Of a stretch of DNA of 64,000 bases, positions 28,409-38,798 are shown in pieces. Within the stretch, counting starts at the first letter, position 1, and every line of letters begins with the position of its first letter. The translations under genes and the position numbers were made by a program. The DNA lies in contig CAZXPC010000002.1 of the NCBI GenBank assembly GCA_964643135.1, positions 73,049 through 137,048 of the forward strand. The letters run 5' to 3'. Source of the stretch: an uncultured Candidatus Saccharibacteria bacterium (lineage in GTDB: Bacteria; Patescibacteriota; Minisyncoccia; UBA6257; Colwellbacteraceae). A model generated the notes under the pieces. That model was given only the letters and a program-made list of their open reading frames with translations, made no database searches and had not been told where the DNA came from.

Positions 28409-28469
28409 AATTGCTCTGGAGTTACTCCACTTTGTCTTGTAATATACGAATTGACCATTACATAAACAC

Positions 28470-30086
28470 ATGACCAGATTGCTGTTGATAATTTACTTGT
28501 CCGCTATTTTTTTTGCCGCTTTGTATCCAGTATTCGATATCGACCTGGGTTATGTCATGAGAACCGGACAATATGTAGTTCAGAATCTTCAGGTGCCCAC
28601 TCATGATATCTTCTCCTTTTCCGCCGCCGGCGCGCCTTGGATAGCTCACTATTGGTTCTCAGGGGTTATTTTTTATATTACTCAACTGTTTTTTGGAATA
28701 AATGGGTTAATTGTTCTAGTGGGGATTATTGCCGCGGCAACGTACTTCTTTGTTATCAAGAAGGTTGCGCTTCATTTTAAAGACAATATTACTTTCTTCT
28801 GGCTTATTTTTGTAATAGGTTCTTTCTATTTTGCCTGGAGCGTCAGGGCTCAAATTTTTACCAACCTATTTTTAGCCATAACTCTATTTTTGCTTGAGAG
28901 ATATGAAGTTGATCATAAGAAAATCAGCCTCTATCTGATTCCTCCGCTAGTCATTTTCTGGGCCAACATGCACGCGGGTGTCGCTGTTATTTTGCCGATC
29001 ATTGTTTTGTGGATTCTGAGTAAGGTGATCGAACACAAATTTAGCCTCCAAAATATAAAGACAGAAATATTGTTGGCGGTTTCGGTATTTGTGGCCACGG
29101 TTGTAAATCCTTGGGGTTACAAGCTTTTGATGTATCAATTTTATGTAGATAAATATAATACACAATTTGTTACGCTCCTGGGCTTTTCCAATTTCGCCAT
29201 TGTTAGAGCGCTGATTTTTCTAATGGTAGCTTTTTCGGCCTTCATTTTGTTCAGACAATTATCAAAGTTGATAAAAGGCAAGGCAGTAAACTTCTTTGAG
29301 ATTGGCCTCACCGTTTTTGCGTTAGCTATGCCCCTTATCTCTGTGAGGCATATGATAATGTTCCCGATTATAGTTTTCCCGATTTTTGTTAAAGAATGGC
29401 ATAACTTTACCAAAGAGGGCCATTTTAAAGTTGAAAACCCCGGCAGATTTAGTGTTTATCTTCTTGTTTTAGGCCTCGGATTTATAGTTTGGCCGCTTAT
29501 CAATATTAAATCTAGATTTAATATTGATGAGAGTCTGCTGCCGAATAAAGGGGTCGATTTTATCAAGACTGCCAATGTCCCTGGCCCGACTTTTAATACT
29601 ATCGAATACGGTGGTTGGCTGATTTGGAAGCTTTGGCCGGACCGAAAGGTATATATCGATGGTCGCAATGACGTCTATTATGGAGGCATGATGGACGAAT
29701 ATCGCTCGATTCTTGCCGAGGCTCCCGGGTGGGAACATGTTGTTAATGATAAATATAAATTCGAATCTTTCATTATGTTTTATCGATCGGACAACCGTCC
29801 TTTTCAGTCCCAGGTAGGAAAATTAAGTGGGGATCTTATAGATAAATTAGATTTCAAATTGGTTTATTGGGACGATGCATCGATTGTTCTGGTTCGCGAT
29901 ACTCCTGAGAATTCTGAAATAATAAAAAAATACGGTTATAACATAATAAGACCATTTAAAAATCCATCAGTATTTTCTAAAGGAGATAGAATAATAGCCT
30001 TGGCCGAAGTTGAGCGCGCTCTGCGGATATCGCCAGACTCAGCGGTCTTACGAGACTTCAAAAGATTAATTTTAGAAAATCAGTAA
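28470..30086 (+). CDS. GT-C-like polytopic membrane protein, paralog 1
   Basis: TM1 then 'DIDLGY..RTGQY','WIAHYW','WANMHAG','NPWG','IDGRND'; about 11 TMs; TPR-like tail. Confidence 0.7.
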   Translation: MTRLLLIIYLSAIFFAALYPVFDIDLGYVMRTGQYVVQNLQVPTHDIFSFSAAGAPWIAHYWFSGVIFYITQLFFGINGLIVLVGIIAAATYFFVIKKVALHFKDNITFFWLIFVIGSFYFAWSVRAQIFTNLFLAITLFLLERYEVDHKKISLYLIPPLVIFWANMHAGVAVILPIIVLWILSKVIEHKFSLQNIKTEILLAVSVFVATVVNPWGYKLLMYQFYVDKYNTQFVTLLGFSNFAIVRALIFLMVAFSAFILFRQLSKLIKGKAVNFFEIGLTVFALAMPLISVRHMIMFPIIVFPIFVKEWHNFTKEGHFKVENPGRFSVYLLVLGLGFIVWPLINIKSRFNIDESLLPNKGVDFIKTANVPGPTFNTIEYGGWLIWKLWPDRKVYIDGRNDVYYGGMMDEYRSILAEAPGWEHVVNDKYKFESFIMFYRSDNRPFQSQVGKLSGDLIDKLDFKLVYWDDASIVLVRDTPENSEIIKKYGYNIIRPFKNPSVFSKGDRIIALAEVERALRISPDSAVLRDFKRLILENQ

Positions 30087-30088
30087 AG

Positions 30089-31717
30089 ATGTTCAACTCT
30101 TTGATTATAGTTTACTTATTCGCCGTTTTTATTTATGTGTTGGCGCCAATCGATAATGTTGATATTGGTTATATTTTAAAGACCGGTCAATATGTAGTTC
30201 AGAATCTTCAGGTGCCCACTCATGATATCTTCTCCTTTTCCGCCGCCGGCGCGCCTTGGATAGCTCACTATTGGTTCTCAGGGGTTTTGATGTATCTCGT
30301 TGTCCACTTCTTGGGTTTTTATGCCTTGATAGCCACCACGGCTCTGATTGCTGCCTTGACGTATTGGCTGGTTGTGAAGAAGTTCCAGCTTTATTTTAAA
30401 GATCCGTCGTTGGCGCTTCTATTGATTTTTCCAACCAGCATCTTGATATTTGGTTTTTGGAGTCCAAGGGGACAAATTTTTACCAATCTCTTCACCGGTT
30501 TATTTTTGTTTTTAATCGAAAAATGGAGACTGCAGAAAACAAAGATTATTCCTTATGTCATACCGCCTCTTGTCGTGCTCTGGGCCAATTTACATGCCGG
30601 AGTGATACTTGGTCTCGCCATCCTTGGTTTGTGGATGGTTGTAAGTTTTATAGAAGCCAGATTTGATCTAACAAAAATAAAAACCCAAGTTATGGTTTTC
30701 TTTGTCTCATGTCTTGCTTCGCTTGTAAATCCTTGGGGCTATAAGCTTCTGACGATCCAATCGTATGTCTATAAAGATAATGCCGAATTCCAATCGATAT
30801 TCAATGCTCTCGATAATCCCACCTTTTCCCTATTTCTCATAACTATGATTTTATCGCTGGGGTTTATTATTTACAGAAAGGTTCTCTACTGCAGAAGAAA
30901 TAAAACGATAGACCTATGGAATTTCGGCATTATGCTTTCTGCGTTTCTCATGCCCATTTTCGCGATAAGGCATGTGGTCTTGGTTCCGTTATTTATTCTT
31001 CCCCTATTGGCCAAAGATCTGTGGGAATTTTGGATTGAAATACGTCCCCGATTTAACAAACGCAAGCTATATATCGCGACTTTGGCAATTGGTTTGATGT
31101 TAATTATTTTAAGGCTGCCTTTTATATTCGGTATGGAAAGCGTTAATAGCCATAATATGCCGGTCAGTGTGGCCAATTTTATTAGAGAGCAGGGCGTTGC
31201 CGGACCTTTGTTTAACTCAAGTGTTTCCGGAGGGTGGCTTATTTGGCAACTCTGGCCCGGACATAGGGCTTATTTTGATAGCCGGAATGATGTTTATTCC
31301 AGCCAGATCTATGATGAGTATCTTAATATATTAAAGAAGGGAGATGGGTGGCAGGAAATTGTTAATGAGAAATATAAATTTAACGCTTTTCTAATTAATT
31401 ATCGTCTTTCCAAATCCGTTTATGTGCAAAAAACGATAGGATCGCTGATTGATTCGCTAATCGATGATTTACATTTCAAGTTGGTTTATTGGGATGACGT
31501 CGCCGTCATCCTGGTACGAGATACGAAGGATACTCAGGAAGTCATCAATAAGTATGACTATCATCTGATTAGGCCTTTCCAAAACCCAAGCTATTTCATA
31601 TCTCCCAAAGACCGACTTGATGCGATCGCCGAGGTCGATAGAGCTCTTAGCGTGTCACCGGATTCGACGGTGTTGCAAGATCTAAGAAATAGACTTTTGA
31701 AGCTAAACGGGGAATAA
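30089..31717 (+). CDS. GT-C-like polytopic membrane protein, paralog 2
   Basis: Same motifs as paralog 1; shares a 99-bp identical tract with it. Confidence 0.7.
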   Translation: MFNSLIIVYLFAVFIYVLAPIDNVDIGYILKTGQYVVQNLQVPTHDIFSFSAAGAPWIAHYWFSGVLMYLVVHFLGFYALIATTALIAALTYWLVVKKFQLYFKDPSLALLLIFPTSILIFGFWSPRGQIFTNLFTGLFLFLIEKWRLQKTKIIPYVIPPLVVLWANLHAGVILGLAILGLWMVVSFIEARFDLTKIKTQVMVFFVSCLASLVNPWGYKLLTIQSYVYKDNAEFQSIFNALDNPTFSLFLITMILSLGFIIYRKVLYCRRNKTIDLWNFGIMLSAFLMPIFAIRHVVLVPLFILPLLAKDLWEFWIEIRPRFNKRKLYIATLAIGLMLIILRLPFIFGMESVNSHNMPVSVANFIREQGVAGPLFNSSVSGGWLIWQLWPGHRAYFDSRNDVYSSQIYDEYLNILKKGDGWQEIVNEKYKFNAFLINYRLSKSVYVQKTIGSLIDSLIDDLHFKLVYWDDVAVILVRDTKDTQEVINKYDYHLIRPFQNPSYFISPKDRLDAIAEVDRALSVSPDSTVLQDLRNRLLKLNGE

Positions 31718-31734
31718 TATACGGATATTTCAAA

Positions 31735-32358
31735 ATGGATAACAAGCACCTGGTCATGCCCGAAGATCATATGGATGAGCTCTATAACTCATCCAACCCT
31801 ATTGTTAAGTTTGTGCACCGCGCCAGATTGAAGGCTATTATGGACGTTATGCCCGAGACTAAAGGATTAAAAGTTCTGGACGCCGGCTGCGGGGAGGGGC
31901 ATTTAATTGAAATGCTCAATACTAAATTTCCGGAGAATAAATATTATGGAGCTGATGTGACCGAGGTGGCGCTTAAGCGCGCGCGCGGAAGGTGTCCGCT
32001 TGCCGATTTTAGACTCGAAGACTTAAGCGACTTGAAGTTTGAAGATAAATATTTCGATGTCGTTATTATTACCGAAGTCTTGGAACACATTTTTGATTAT
32101 AAGAAAGTTATTACAGAGCTGAAGAGAGTTCTTAAGAAGGGCGGTATTTTAATCATCACTTTTCCGAATGAATTTCTCTGGACGGCTGGCAGGTTTGTTC
32201 TTGGGATAAGGCCGCCAAAAGTTCCGGACCATGTTAACTCTTTTAGCCCAGCTCAAATAGAAAACCTTGCTGGGATGAGAGTCGTAGACCGGCGAGGGTT
32301 GCCTCTGCGTTGGCCTTTCTTGATATCCTTAGGCTATTTGATCAAGTTTAAGAAATAA
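31735..32358 (+). CDS. Class I SAM-dependent methyltransferase
   Basis: 'VLDAGCGEG','FDVVIITEVLEH','RVLKKGG'. Confidence 0.9.
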   Translation: MDNKHLVMPEDHMDELYNSSNPIVKFVHRARLKAIMDVMPETKGLKVLDAGCGEGHLIEMLNTKFPENKYYGADVTEVALKRARGRCPLADFRLEDLSDLKFEDKYFDVVIITEVLEHIFDYKKVITELKRVLKKGGILIITFPNEFLWTAGRFVLGIRPPKVPDHVNSFSPAQIENLAGMRVVDRRGLPLRWPFLISLGYLIKFKK

Positions 32359-34011
32359 ATGACTTCGGCCAATAAAAATATCTTCCTCACCGCAATCTTC
32401 CTTTGCGCAGTCTTCTTATTCACCTTTTTCGCGATTAACAACACCGACTTAGGCTTCATCCTTAAGACTGGCCAATATATTTGGGAGCATCATGAGATTC
32501 CTCACAATGATATCTTCTCTTTCTCCGCCCCGGGCGTAGATTGGATCGCCCACTATTGGCTAACTGGCGTGTTATTCTACGGCATCTTCCTGCTAGGAGG
32601 CTACCTGGGCCTTAAGATCAGTGTGGCCTTGGTGGCTGCGCTGACCTTCTTCTTTGTTATCAAAAGGTTTGGCCTCTACAGCAAGGATTATCCTTTGTTC
32701 TTAATTCTCTTCTATCCGCTGACTTTCTTCTCGTTTGAATTTTGGAATGTCCGAGGTGAGAACTTCTCGAATCTCTTTCTGGCTATACTCTTATACCTTA
32801 TTGATCAATGGAGATTCAAGAAATCAAAGTGGGCGCTCTATCTAATTCCTCTCTTATCCATGCTGTGGGCCAATATGCATGGGGGAGTGCTGTTGGGGTT
32901 GGCGATACTCGGTTTCTGGGCGGCCGTTAGCCTATATGAAGCACATTTTGCGTTGTCAAAGATCAAAATACAGGCTTCTGTTTTTGTCGCCGCCTGTTTG
33001 GCGTCCCTTCTCAACCCATTCGGTTACAAGTCGCCACTTCTTCTCTTCTTGCTGAACTCGAAGGGGATTAGTGAATTTGATTCGCTCTTTGCGTTTGTTT
33101 TTGGACATGCGCCAAATCTACTGAGATACATAGCCTTTGGCATTATGGTGTTCGCGGCTGGGTTTCTGATTTGGAGACAATATTCGTTATGGAAAAGAGG
33201 CCGCTCGTTTGGAAAATTATTTGATATTGGTCTTGTATCGGTGGCATTTTTAATGCCCTTGATGTCAATCAGGTACATGGTTTTTTTGCCTCTTATAGCC
33301 TTGCCTTTCGTAATTGGAGAATTAAGCAGTTTTCTCACGGAGAGATTCCCGAATCAAGATCGGGAGAATCTTTTTAAGGCCGCGGTTGGGGTCGGCCTAA
33401 TTTTAATAGTTCTCCGTTTGCCGTTTGTCTTGTCCGAGCCTGATGTTAATACTGCCGCTATTCCTGTCGCTGCAACTGATTTTATTAAGAACGCGAATGT
33501 TCCAGAGCCTCTATTCAATAATTTGGAGAATGGAGGTTGGTTGATCTGGAAACTTTGGCCCGAGAGGAAAGTTTTTATCGACGGCCGTTCGGATATATAT
33601 AAATATGGAGTCTACGATGATTATCTTGATATTCGTTCCATGTCGAACGGCTGGGTAAATTTAGTTAACGAGAAATACAAATTTAATTCTTTTCTTCTTA
33701 GCTACCGCCTTAGCAAGGAGACTGAGATCCCTGTGAGTAATTTGATGAATAAATTGAATGATCTAGGGTTTAGGCTTATTTATTGGGATGATAACTATAT
33801 TATTCTGGTACGCGATACGCCTGAAAATCAGCCAATAATTAAAAAATATGCTTATTATTTCATCAAACCATTCCAAAACTCGGCTTCACTGCCGCCGGAT
33901 AAGCTGCCGTTGGCGCTAGAAGAAGTGCGTCGAGCCCTTAGCATTTCTCCGGATTCTAAGATTCTGCAGAATTTAGAAAAAAGCATTTTGAATATAATTA
34001 ACCTGCAATGA
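32359..34011 (+). CDS. GT-C-like polytopic membrane protein, paralog 3
   Basis: 'TDLGFILKTGQY','WANMHGG','FIDGRSD'. Confidence 0.7.
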   Translation: MTSANKNIFLTAIFLCAVFLFTFFAINNTDLGFILKTGQYIWEHHEIPHNDIFSFSAPGVDWIAHYWLTGVLFYGIFLLGGYLGLKISVALVAALTFFFVIKRFGLYSKDYPLFLILFYPLTFFSFEFWNVRGENFSNLFLAILLYLIDQWRFKKSKWALYLIPLLSMLWANMHGGVLLGLAILGFWAAVSLYEAHFALSKIKIQASVFVAACLASLLNPFGYKSPLLLFLLNSKGISEFDSLFAFVFGHAPNLLRYIAFGIMVFAAGFLIWRQYSLWKRGRSFGKLFDIGLVSVAFLMPLMSIRYMVFLPLIALPFVIGELSSFLTERFPNQDRENLFKAAVGVGLILIVLRLPFVLSEPDVNTAAIPVAATDFIKNANVPEPLFNNLENGGWLIWKLWPERKVFIDGRSDIYKYGVYDDYLDIRSMSNGWVNLVNEKYKFNSFLLSYRLSKETEIPVSNLMNKLNDLGFRLIYWDDNYIILVRDTPENQPIIKKYAYYFIKPFQNSASLPPDKLPLALEEVRRALSISPDSKILQNLEKSILNIINLQ

Positions 34012-34717
34012 TTGTTTTTGGTTACTTACTCTGTGTTACACTTATTTAATTAGAAATTATCCTAATGACGTCTGTAAGCAAAAACGCTCTACTCACCGCA
34101 ATCTTCCTTTGCGCAGTCTTCTTATTCACCTTTTTCGCGATTAACAACACCGACTTAGGCTTCATCCTTAAGACTGGCCAATATATTTGGGAGCATCATG
34201 AGATTCCTCACAATGATATCTTCTCTTTCTCCGCCCCGGGCGTAGATTGGATCGCCCACTATTGGCTAACTGGCGTGTTATTCTACGGCATCTTCCTGCT
34301 AGGAGGCTACCTGGGCCTTAAGATCAGTGTGGCCTTGGTGGCTGCGCTGACCTTCTTCTTTGTTATCAAAAGGTTTGGCCTCTACAGCAAGGATTATCCT
34401 TTGTTCTTAATTCTCTTCTATCCGCTGACTTTCTTCTCGTTTGAATTTTGGAATGTCCGAGGTGAGAACTTCTCGAATCTCTTTCTGGCTATACTCTTAT
34501 ACCTTATTGATCAATGGAGATTCAAGAAATCAAAGTGGGCGCTCTATCTAATTCCTCTCTTATCCATGCTGTGGGCCAATATGCATGGGGGAGTGCTGTT
34601 GGGGTTGGCGATACTCGGTTTCTGGGCGGCCGTTAGCCTATATGAAGCACATTTTGCGTTGTCAAAGATCAAAATACAGGCTTCTGTTTTTGTCGCCGCC
34701 TGTTTGGCGTCCCTTCT
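32386..34717 (+). repeat. 626-bp identical direct repeat (32386-33011 and 34092-34717)
   Basis: Read-through comparison found no mismatch; near-identity continues about 65 bp, then the genes diverge. Confidence 0.85.
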
Positions 34718-35720
34718 GAACCCATTCGGTTACAAGTCGCCCCTGCTTCTATTTCTGCTGAACTCGAAGGGGATTAGTGAATTCCAGTCCATACTTGCTG
34801 ACTTTATATCCGAACCGGACATGATGCGAAATGTCGCTCTCGGCGCTATGGTCTTGACCACTGTTTTCCTGATGTGGAGGCAGTATTCGTCGAGAAAGAA
34901 TGATCGCCGGCCCGGCAGGCTATACGAGACCGGCCTGGTACTTGTGGCATTTATTATGCCCATGGTGTCGGTTCGCTATACAGTTTTTTTCCCGCTCATA
35001 ACTTTGCCTTTGATGATCAAGGAGTTAAGCATTTTCCTCAAGGAAAAATTCCCAGAGCAGGACGCGGGGAGTCTTTGGAAGGCGGCGCTCGGTGTTGGGT
35101 TTATTATGATCGCCGGCCGTTTGCCATTCGTTATATCGCAGCCCGATATTAATACTGAGGCGATCGCGGTTGGCGCGACTGACTTTGTTAAGAACGCGAA
35201 TGTTCCAGAGCCCTTATTTAATGGTCTGGGGAACGGCGGCTGGCTCATTTGGAAACTTTGGCCCGAGAGGAAAGTTTTTATCGACGGGCGTTCCGACATA
35301 TACAAATATGGAGTGTACGATGACTACCTTACTATCGAGTCGCAGTCTGACGGCTGGATAAATTTAGTTAATGAGAAATATAAATTTAATTCCTTCTTGG
35401 TTCCTTATCGTTCGAGCCAGGCGACTGCCATAGCCATGAGCCATTTAATAGATCAGCTGACCAATGACTTGGGGTTTAAACTTATATACTGGGATAACGA
35501 TTATATTATTCTGGCGCGCGATACGCCGGAGAATCAGGAAATTATTAAAAAATATGCCTATTCTGTTATAGGGCCCTTTAAGAACCCAGCTTCTATACCT
35601 AAAGATAAGCGGAAGTTAGCCCTGGAAGAGATTCGGCGCGCCCTCTCTATTTCTCCGGATTCCAAGGTTCTAAAAGATTGGGAAAGCAACATGGCTTTCT
35701 TAGCCAATCTCAGCAAATAA
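34065..35720 (+). CDS. GT-C-like polytopic membrane protein, paralog 4
   Basis: About 230 N-terminal residues identical to paralog 3; C-half diverged. Confidence 0.7.
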   Translation: MTSVSKNALLTAIFLCAVFLFTFFAINNTDLGFILKTGQYIWEHHEIPHNDIFSFSAPGVDWIAHYWLTGVLFYGIFLLGGYLGLKISVALVAALTFFFVIKRFGLYSKDYPLFLILFYPLTFFSFEFWNVRGENFSNLFLAILLYLIDQWRFKKSKWALYLIPLLSMLWANMHGGVLLGLAILGFWAAVSLYEAHFALSKIKIQASVFVAACLASLLNPFGYKSPLLLFLLNSKGISEFQSILADFISEPDMMRNVALGAMVLTTVFLMWRQYSSRKNDRRPGRLYETGLVLVAFIMPMVSVRYTVFFPLITLPLMIKELSIFLKEKFPEQDAGSLWKAALGVGFIMIAGRLPFVISQPDINTEAIAVGATDFVKNANVPEPLFNGLGNGGWLIWKLWPERKVFIDGRSDIYKYGVYDDYLTIESQSDGWINLVNEKYKFNSFLVPYRSSQATAIAMSHLIDQLTNDLGFKLIYWDNDYIILARDTPENQEIIKKYAYSVIGPFKNPASIPKDKRKLALEEIRRALSISPDSKVLKDWESNMAFLANLSK

Positions 35721-35724
35721 GGCC

Positions 35725-36441
35725 TTAAAAGGAGAGACTGTATTTTTTGTTTAAATCGTTGGACTTGATTTTGCCTAACGCTGTCAGCATCGAGAATGGG
35801 TGTAAAAAGAAGTTTACTTTGGAATTATCGCTATTATTAAAAACGACCGGCACGGCCTTTATTTTGTAATTGTTTCTTACTGCAATTAGCAATATTTCTA
35901 CGTCATATGCGAAGCCGGTAATGGTTTGCTTGCTAAATATTTTTAACGCGGCCGTTCGTTTGAATAACTTGAAGCCGCATTGGGTGTCGTTAAAATTAGG
36001 AAGAAGGAGCAATCTTACAATTAAGTTAAATGTTTTGCCGCTCAAGGTGCGGTGCAGGGGATTGGTGTCGGATGAACCTCCATTCCGGTCGCCGATTACG
36101 AGGTCGAATTCAGGAATGCATTTTATAAACTCGGTTAGTGACTCAATCGGCGTTGAGAGGTCGGCGTCGCAGGTCAGAACTAGGTCTTTCGAGGCCTCTA
36201 TGACACCACGTTTCACAGCGTTGCCTTTGCCCGATCTTTGTCCGCTGTTTAATATGGGCCTTATTTTTTGATTCTTGAAGTCAACAATAATTTTTAATGT
36301 TCCCTCCGCGTCGCCATCGATTACAACCAATATTTCGTAATCGAAATTATTCTTTTCCAGATACTCAATGATCGATTCAAGGGTTTTCTTGATGCGTTGC
36401 TCTTCTTTATAGCTGGGTATGACGATAGATAGACCGATCAT
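35725..36441 (-). CDS. GT2 dolichyl/polyprenyl-phosphate glycosyltransferase-like protein
   Basis: 'LSIVIPSYKE','GKGNAVKRG','DADLSTP','DTQCGFKLF','FAYDVEIL'. Confidence 0.88.
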   Translation of the reverse strand: MIGLSIVIPSYKEEQRIKKTLESIIEYLEKNNFDYEILVVIDGDAEGTLKIIVDFKNQKIRPILNSGQRSGKGNAVKRGVIEASKDLVLTCDADLSTPIESLTEFIKCIPEFDLVIGDRNGGSSDTNPLHRTLSGKTFNLIVRLLLLPNFNDTQCGFKLFKRTAALKIFSKQTITGFAYDVEILLIAVRNNYKIKAVPVVFNNSDNSKVNFFLHPFSMLTALGKIKSNDLNKKYSLSF

Positions 36442-38045
36442 TGGTTGTAAAAGAATAGAGCATCGGGAGATTGTGTTCGGACGCGCTTCAATTCGGCCTG
36501 GTATTCTTGATTTTTTTCTTTAGGAACGTTTTGAGGGCTGACATACGGGCTGACAACATTATAACCGTATTTATCTATCACGGTTTTGTTTTCGGGAGTG
36601 TTTCTGACCAAGACTATTACCGATTCGCCCCAGTAAACCAGTTTAAATTCATTATTTTTTGTCAGCGCATTAAAAAGGTCGGCGACATAATTGGCGTTGG
36701 CGTCGCGGTACGAAAGGAAAAAGCTGTTAAATTTATATTTATCGTCGACAATTTTCTCCCAGTCGGGCGATTGGCGTACGATTGAAAGATATTCTTGGTC
36801 GACTGCTCCGGAATAGACATCGCTTCGGCCGTCGATAAAAATTTTATGATTTGGATAGAGCCTGTGTATCAGATAACCGCCAAAGATTGGGTCATTGAAC
36901 ATATTGTCAGCGAGGTTATTATACTCCACAAAACCTACCGCTTCGGCGGGCAAAAAGAATGAACTTGTGACGGGCGTTCTAAATGCCTGGAAAATACTTA
37001 AAGCGTTTAATAATAGGAAGGCTGTGAGGGTTGTGAGAGATAGGAGGACCCAATTTTTTGAAGATAGCTTGGTTTTGCGTTTTAGGTAGCTGATAAATAT
37101 CGGCAATATCAGGATCGGAAAGAAGCCGACGTATCTAATTGAGATGAGGGGCATGGCGAAGGCGGCTAATGTTAGGAGTGTGTCTGCGATCGGCCAGTTT
37201 CTAAAAGCTCTCTTTTTGCCAAAGATCTTATAGGAGATGAAAGCAGTTAGCGCGATAGATAAACACAAGAAGAATTTAGCTTCCCCAGTCTGCAGAAAAT
37301 CCAGAAGTGATCGGAATTCGAGAACGTTCATTGCTTTCACTGCGGGGGATATAGTCCAACTAAAAATGATTAGTTTATAGCCATTCGGGTTGATTAAGGT
37401 GGCAGCGATCGAGGTGAGGGCCGTAATCAAAAATCTGACATCGTATTTTTTAATTATATTTTCCAGCATGTAGGCGCCCAAGATCGCGATGCCCAGAATG
37501 ACCCCACCGTGGAGGTTGGCCCAGACGAGCATGAGCGGGGGCATTAAATAAAGTAATTTTGAACTGGGGGCCGATTTCCATTTTTCTAAAAGGAATATAA
37601 GTATAGCTGTGCATAAGTAAGAGAAAATTTGTGGTCTGGTAAACCAGGCGTCATAAGTGATGAAGCTGAGTGGTATTATCAGAATCAGAGAGAGCAAATT
37701 GCGGCCGGACTTTAAAAGAGCCGTTTTATAAACAAAAAAGTAGGTTAGAGCGGCAATAAGCGAGGTGCCGAGCGTTAGGCCTAGAAAGCCGAGCCATTTA
37801 TACTCGAAGAATAGAATGATCCCGGAGAGCCAGTAGTGGGCGATCCACTCGTTTTTGGGGTAAGCGAATGAAAATATGTCTTCGTGTGGAACGCTGAAGT
37901 GCTGAAGGACATACTCGCCGGTTTTCATTTCATAACCAACATCTCCAAAAGTTTCGCCGACGGTTCTGATTGTTAGGGAAAATACTGCCGTAAGGAATAA
38001 CAGTAGTAGCAGCCATTGAACGTGCTTAATAGACATTGAGGCCAT
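36438..38045 (-). CDS. GT-C-like polytopic membrane protein, paralog 5
   Basis: 'DVGYEMKTGEY','WIAHYWLS','RPQIFS','WANLHGG','FIDGRSD'; 4-nt overlap with the GT2 gene. Confidence 0.7.
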   Translation of the reverse strand: MASMSIKHVQWLLLLLFLTAVFSLTIRTVGETFGDVGYEMKTGEYVLQHFSVPHEDIFSFAYPKNEWIAHYWLSGIILFFEYKWLGFLGLTLGTSLIAALTYFFVYKTALLKSGRNLLSLILIIPLSFITYDAWFTRPQIFSYLCTAILIFLLEKWKSAPSSKLLYLMPPLMLVWANLHGGVILGIAILGAYMLENIIKKYDVRFLITALTSIAATLINPNGYKLIIFSWTISPAVKAMNVLEFRSLLDFLQTGEAKFFLCLSIALTAFISYKIFGKKRAFRNWPIADTLLTLAAFAMPLISIRYVGFFPILILPIFISYLKRKTKLSSKNWVLLSLTTLTAFLLLNALSIFQAFRTPVTSSFFLPAEAVGFVEYNNLADNMFNDPIFGGYLIHRLYPNHKIFIDGRSDVYSGAVDQEYLSIVRQSPDWEKIVDDKYKFNSFFLSYRDANANYVADLFNALTKNNEFKLVYWGESVIVLVRNTPENKTVIDKYGYNVVSPYVSPQNVPKEKNQEYQAELKRVRTQSPDALFFYNQ

Positions 38046-38116
38046 TCTAATACAGAAATCGCCCTAATGCCACTTGCCTGGAACTCGAAGGGGATTTATA
38101 ATTCCACATAAACAAA

Positions 38117-38794
38117 ATGATTAATTTTCTGCTTTATGTGGTCATCTGGCTGCCGATTATATTTTACTGGGCGGTTTTTGTAGCGGCGCTATTGCTATAT
38201 GCTTTTAGGCATCACGAGAAAGCGGCGATTAAGTCGAAATTTTTGAACTACAGGGTGATTATCATCGGGACGATCGTTTTCCGGTTCCTCTATGCGCTCT
38301 TGGAATCGGTTGCGCAATATTACGTTTGGACGACCAGCGATCTGACCAGGAGTTTGCTGAACAGCCCCCTTAGCGACAAGGTGCCGCCGGAGGGTTTTAT
38401 TGTGCAGGCTTTCCCATCGCTCTTTAAGACTGGGGCGGGATACTTCTTGTATTATGCTTACGGCCGGTTTTTTCTAAACGCCATACTCGTCGTTATCTGC
38501 GCTTTTATTTTCTACTTTATTCTAAAAGCTCTACAGAAATACCAGGATCGGTTCTTTGATACGGGCGAGACTGAATTGGGCTTTTTGTGCTGCCTCATCG
38601 TCGGCTGGCCGGCCTTTGTGGTTTTTGTGCCGCTCGCTTTTGTGGCGGTTGTCATTGTCTCTGTTTTCCGCGGTATTTTCTTCAGGGAACTTTATACCAC
38701 GCTGGGCTATCCGTTCCTTTTGGCCGCGCTGATGTGCCTGATACTCGGGGAAAACTTGATTACGATGTTCAATCTCCTGGTCTTGAAAGTGTAG
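38117..38794 (+). CDS. Membrane protein resembling the C-terminal part of prepilin peptidase (A24), degenerate
   Basis: 'FFDTGETELGFLCCLIVGWP...TLGYPFL' parallels 'GxGDxKL....G...GW...PFGPFL'; upstream of pilB. Confidence 0.45.
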   Translation: MINFLLYVVIWLPIIFYWAVFVAALLLYAFRHHEKAAIKSKFLNYRVIIIGTIVFRFLYALLESVAQYYVWTTSDLTRSLLNSPLSDKVPPEGFIVQAFPSLFKTGAGYFLYYAYGRFFLNAILVVICAFIFYFILKALQKYQDRFFDTGETELGFLCCLIVGWPAFVVFVPLAFVAVVIVSVFRGIFFRELYTTLGYPFLLAALMCLILGENLITMFNLLVLKV

Positions 38795-38798
38795 GAGG

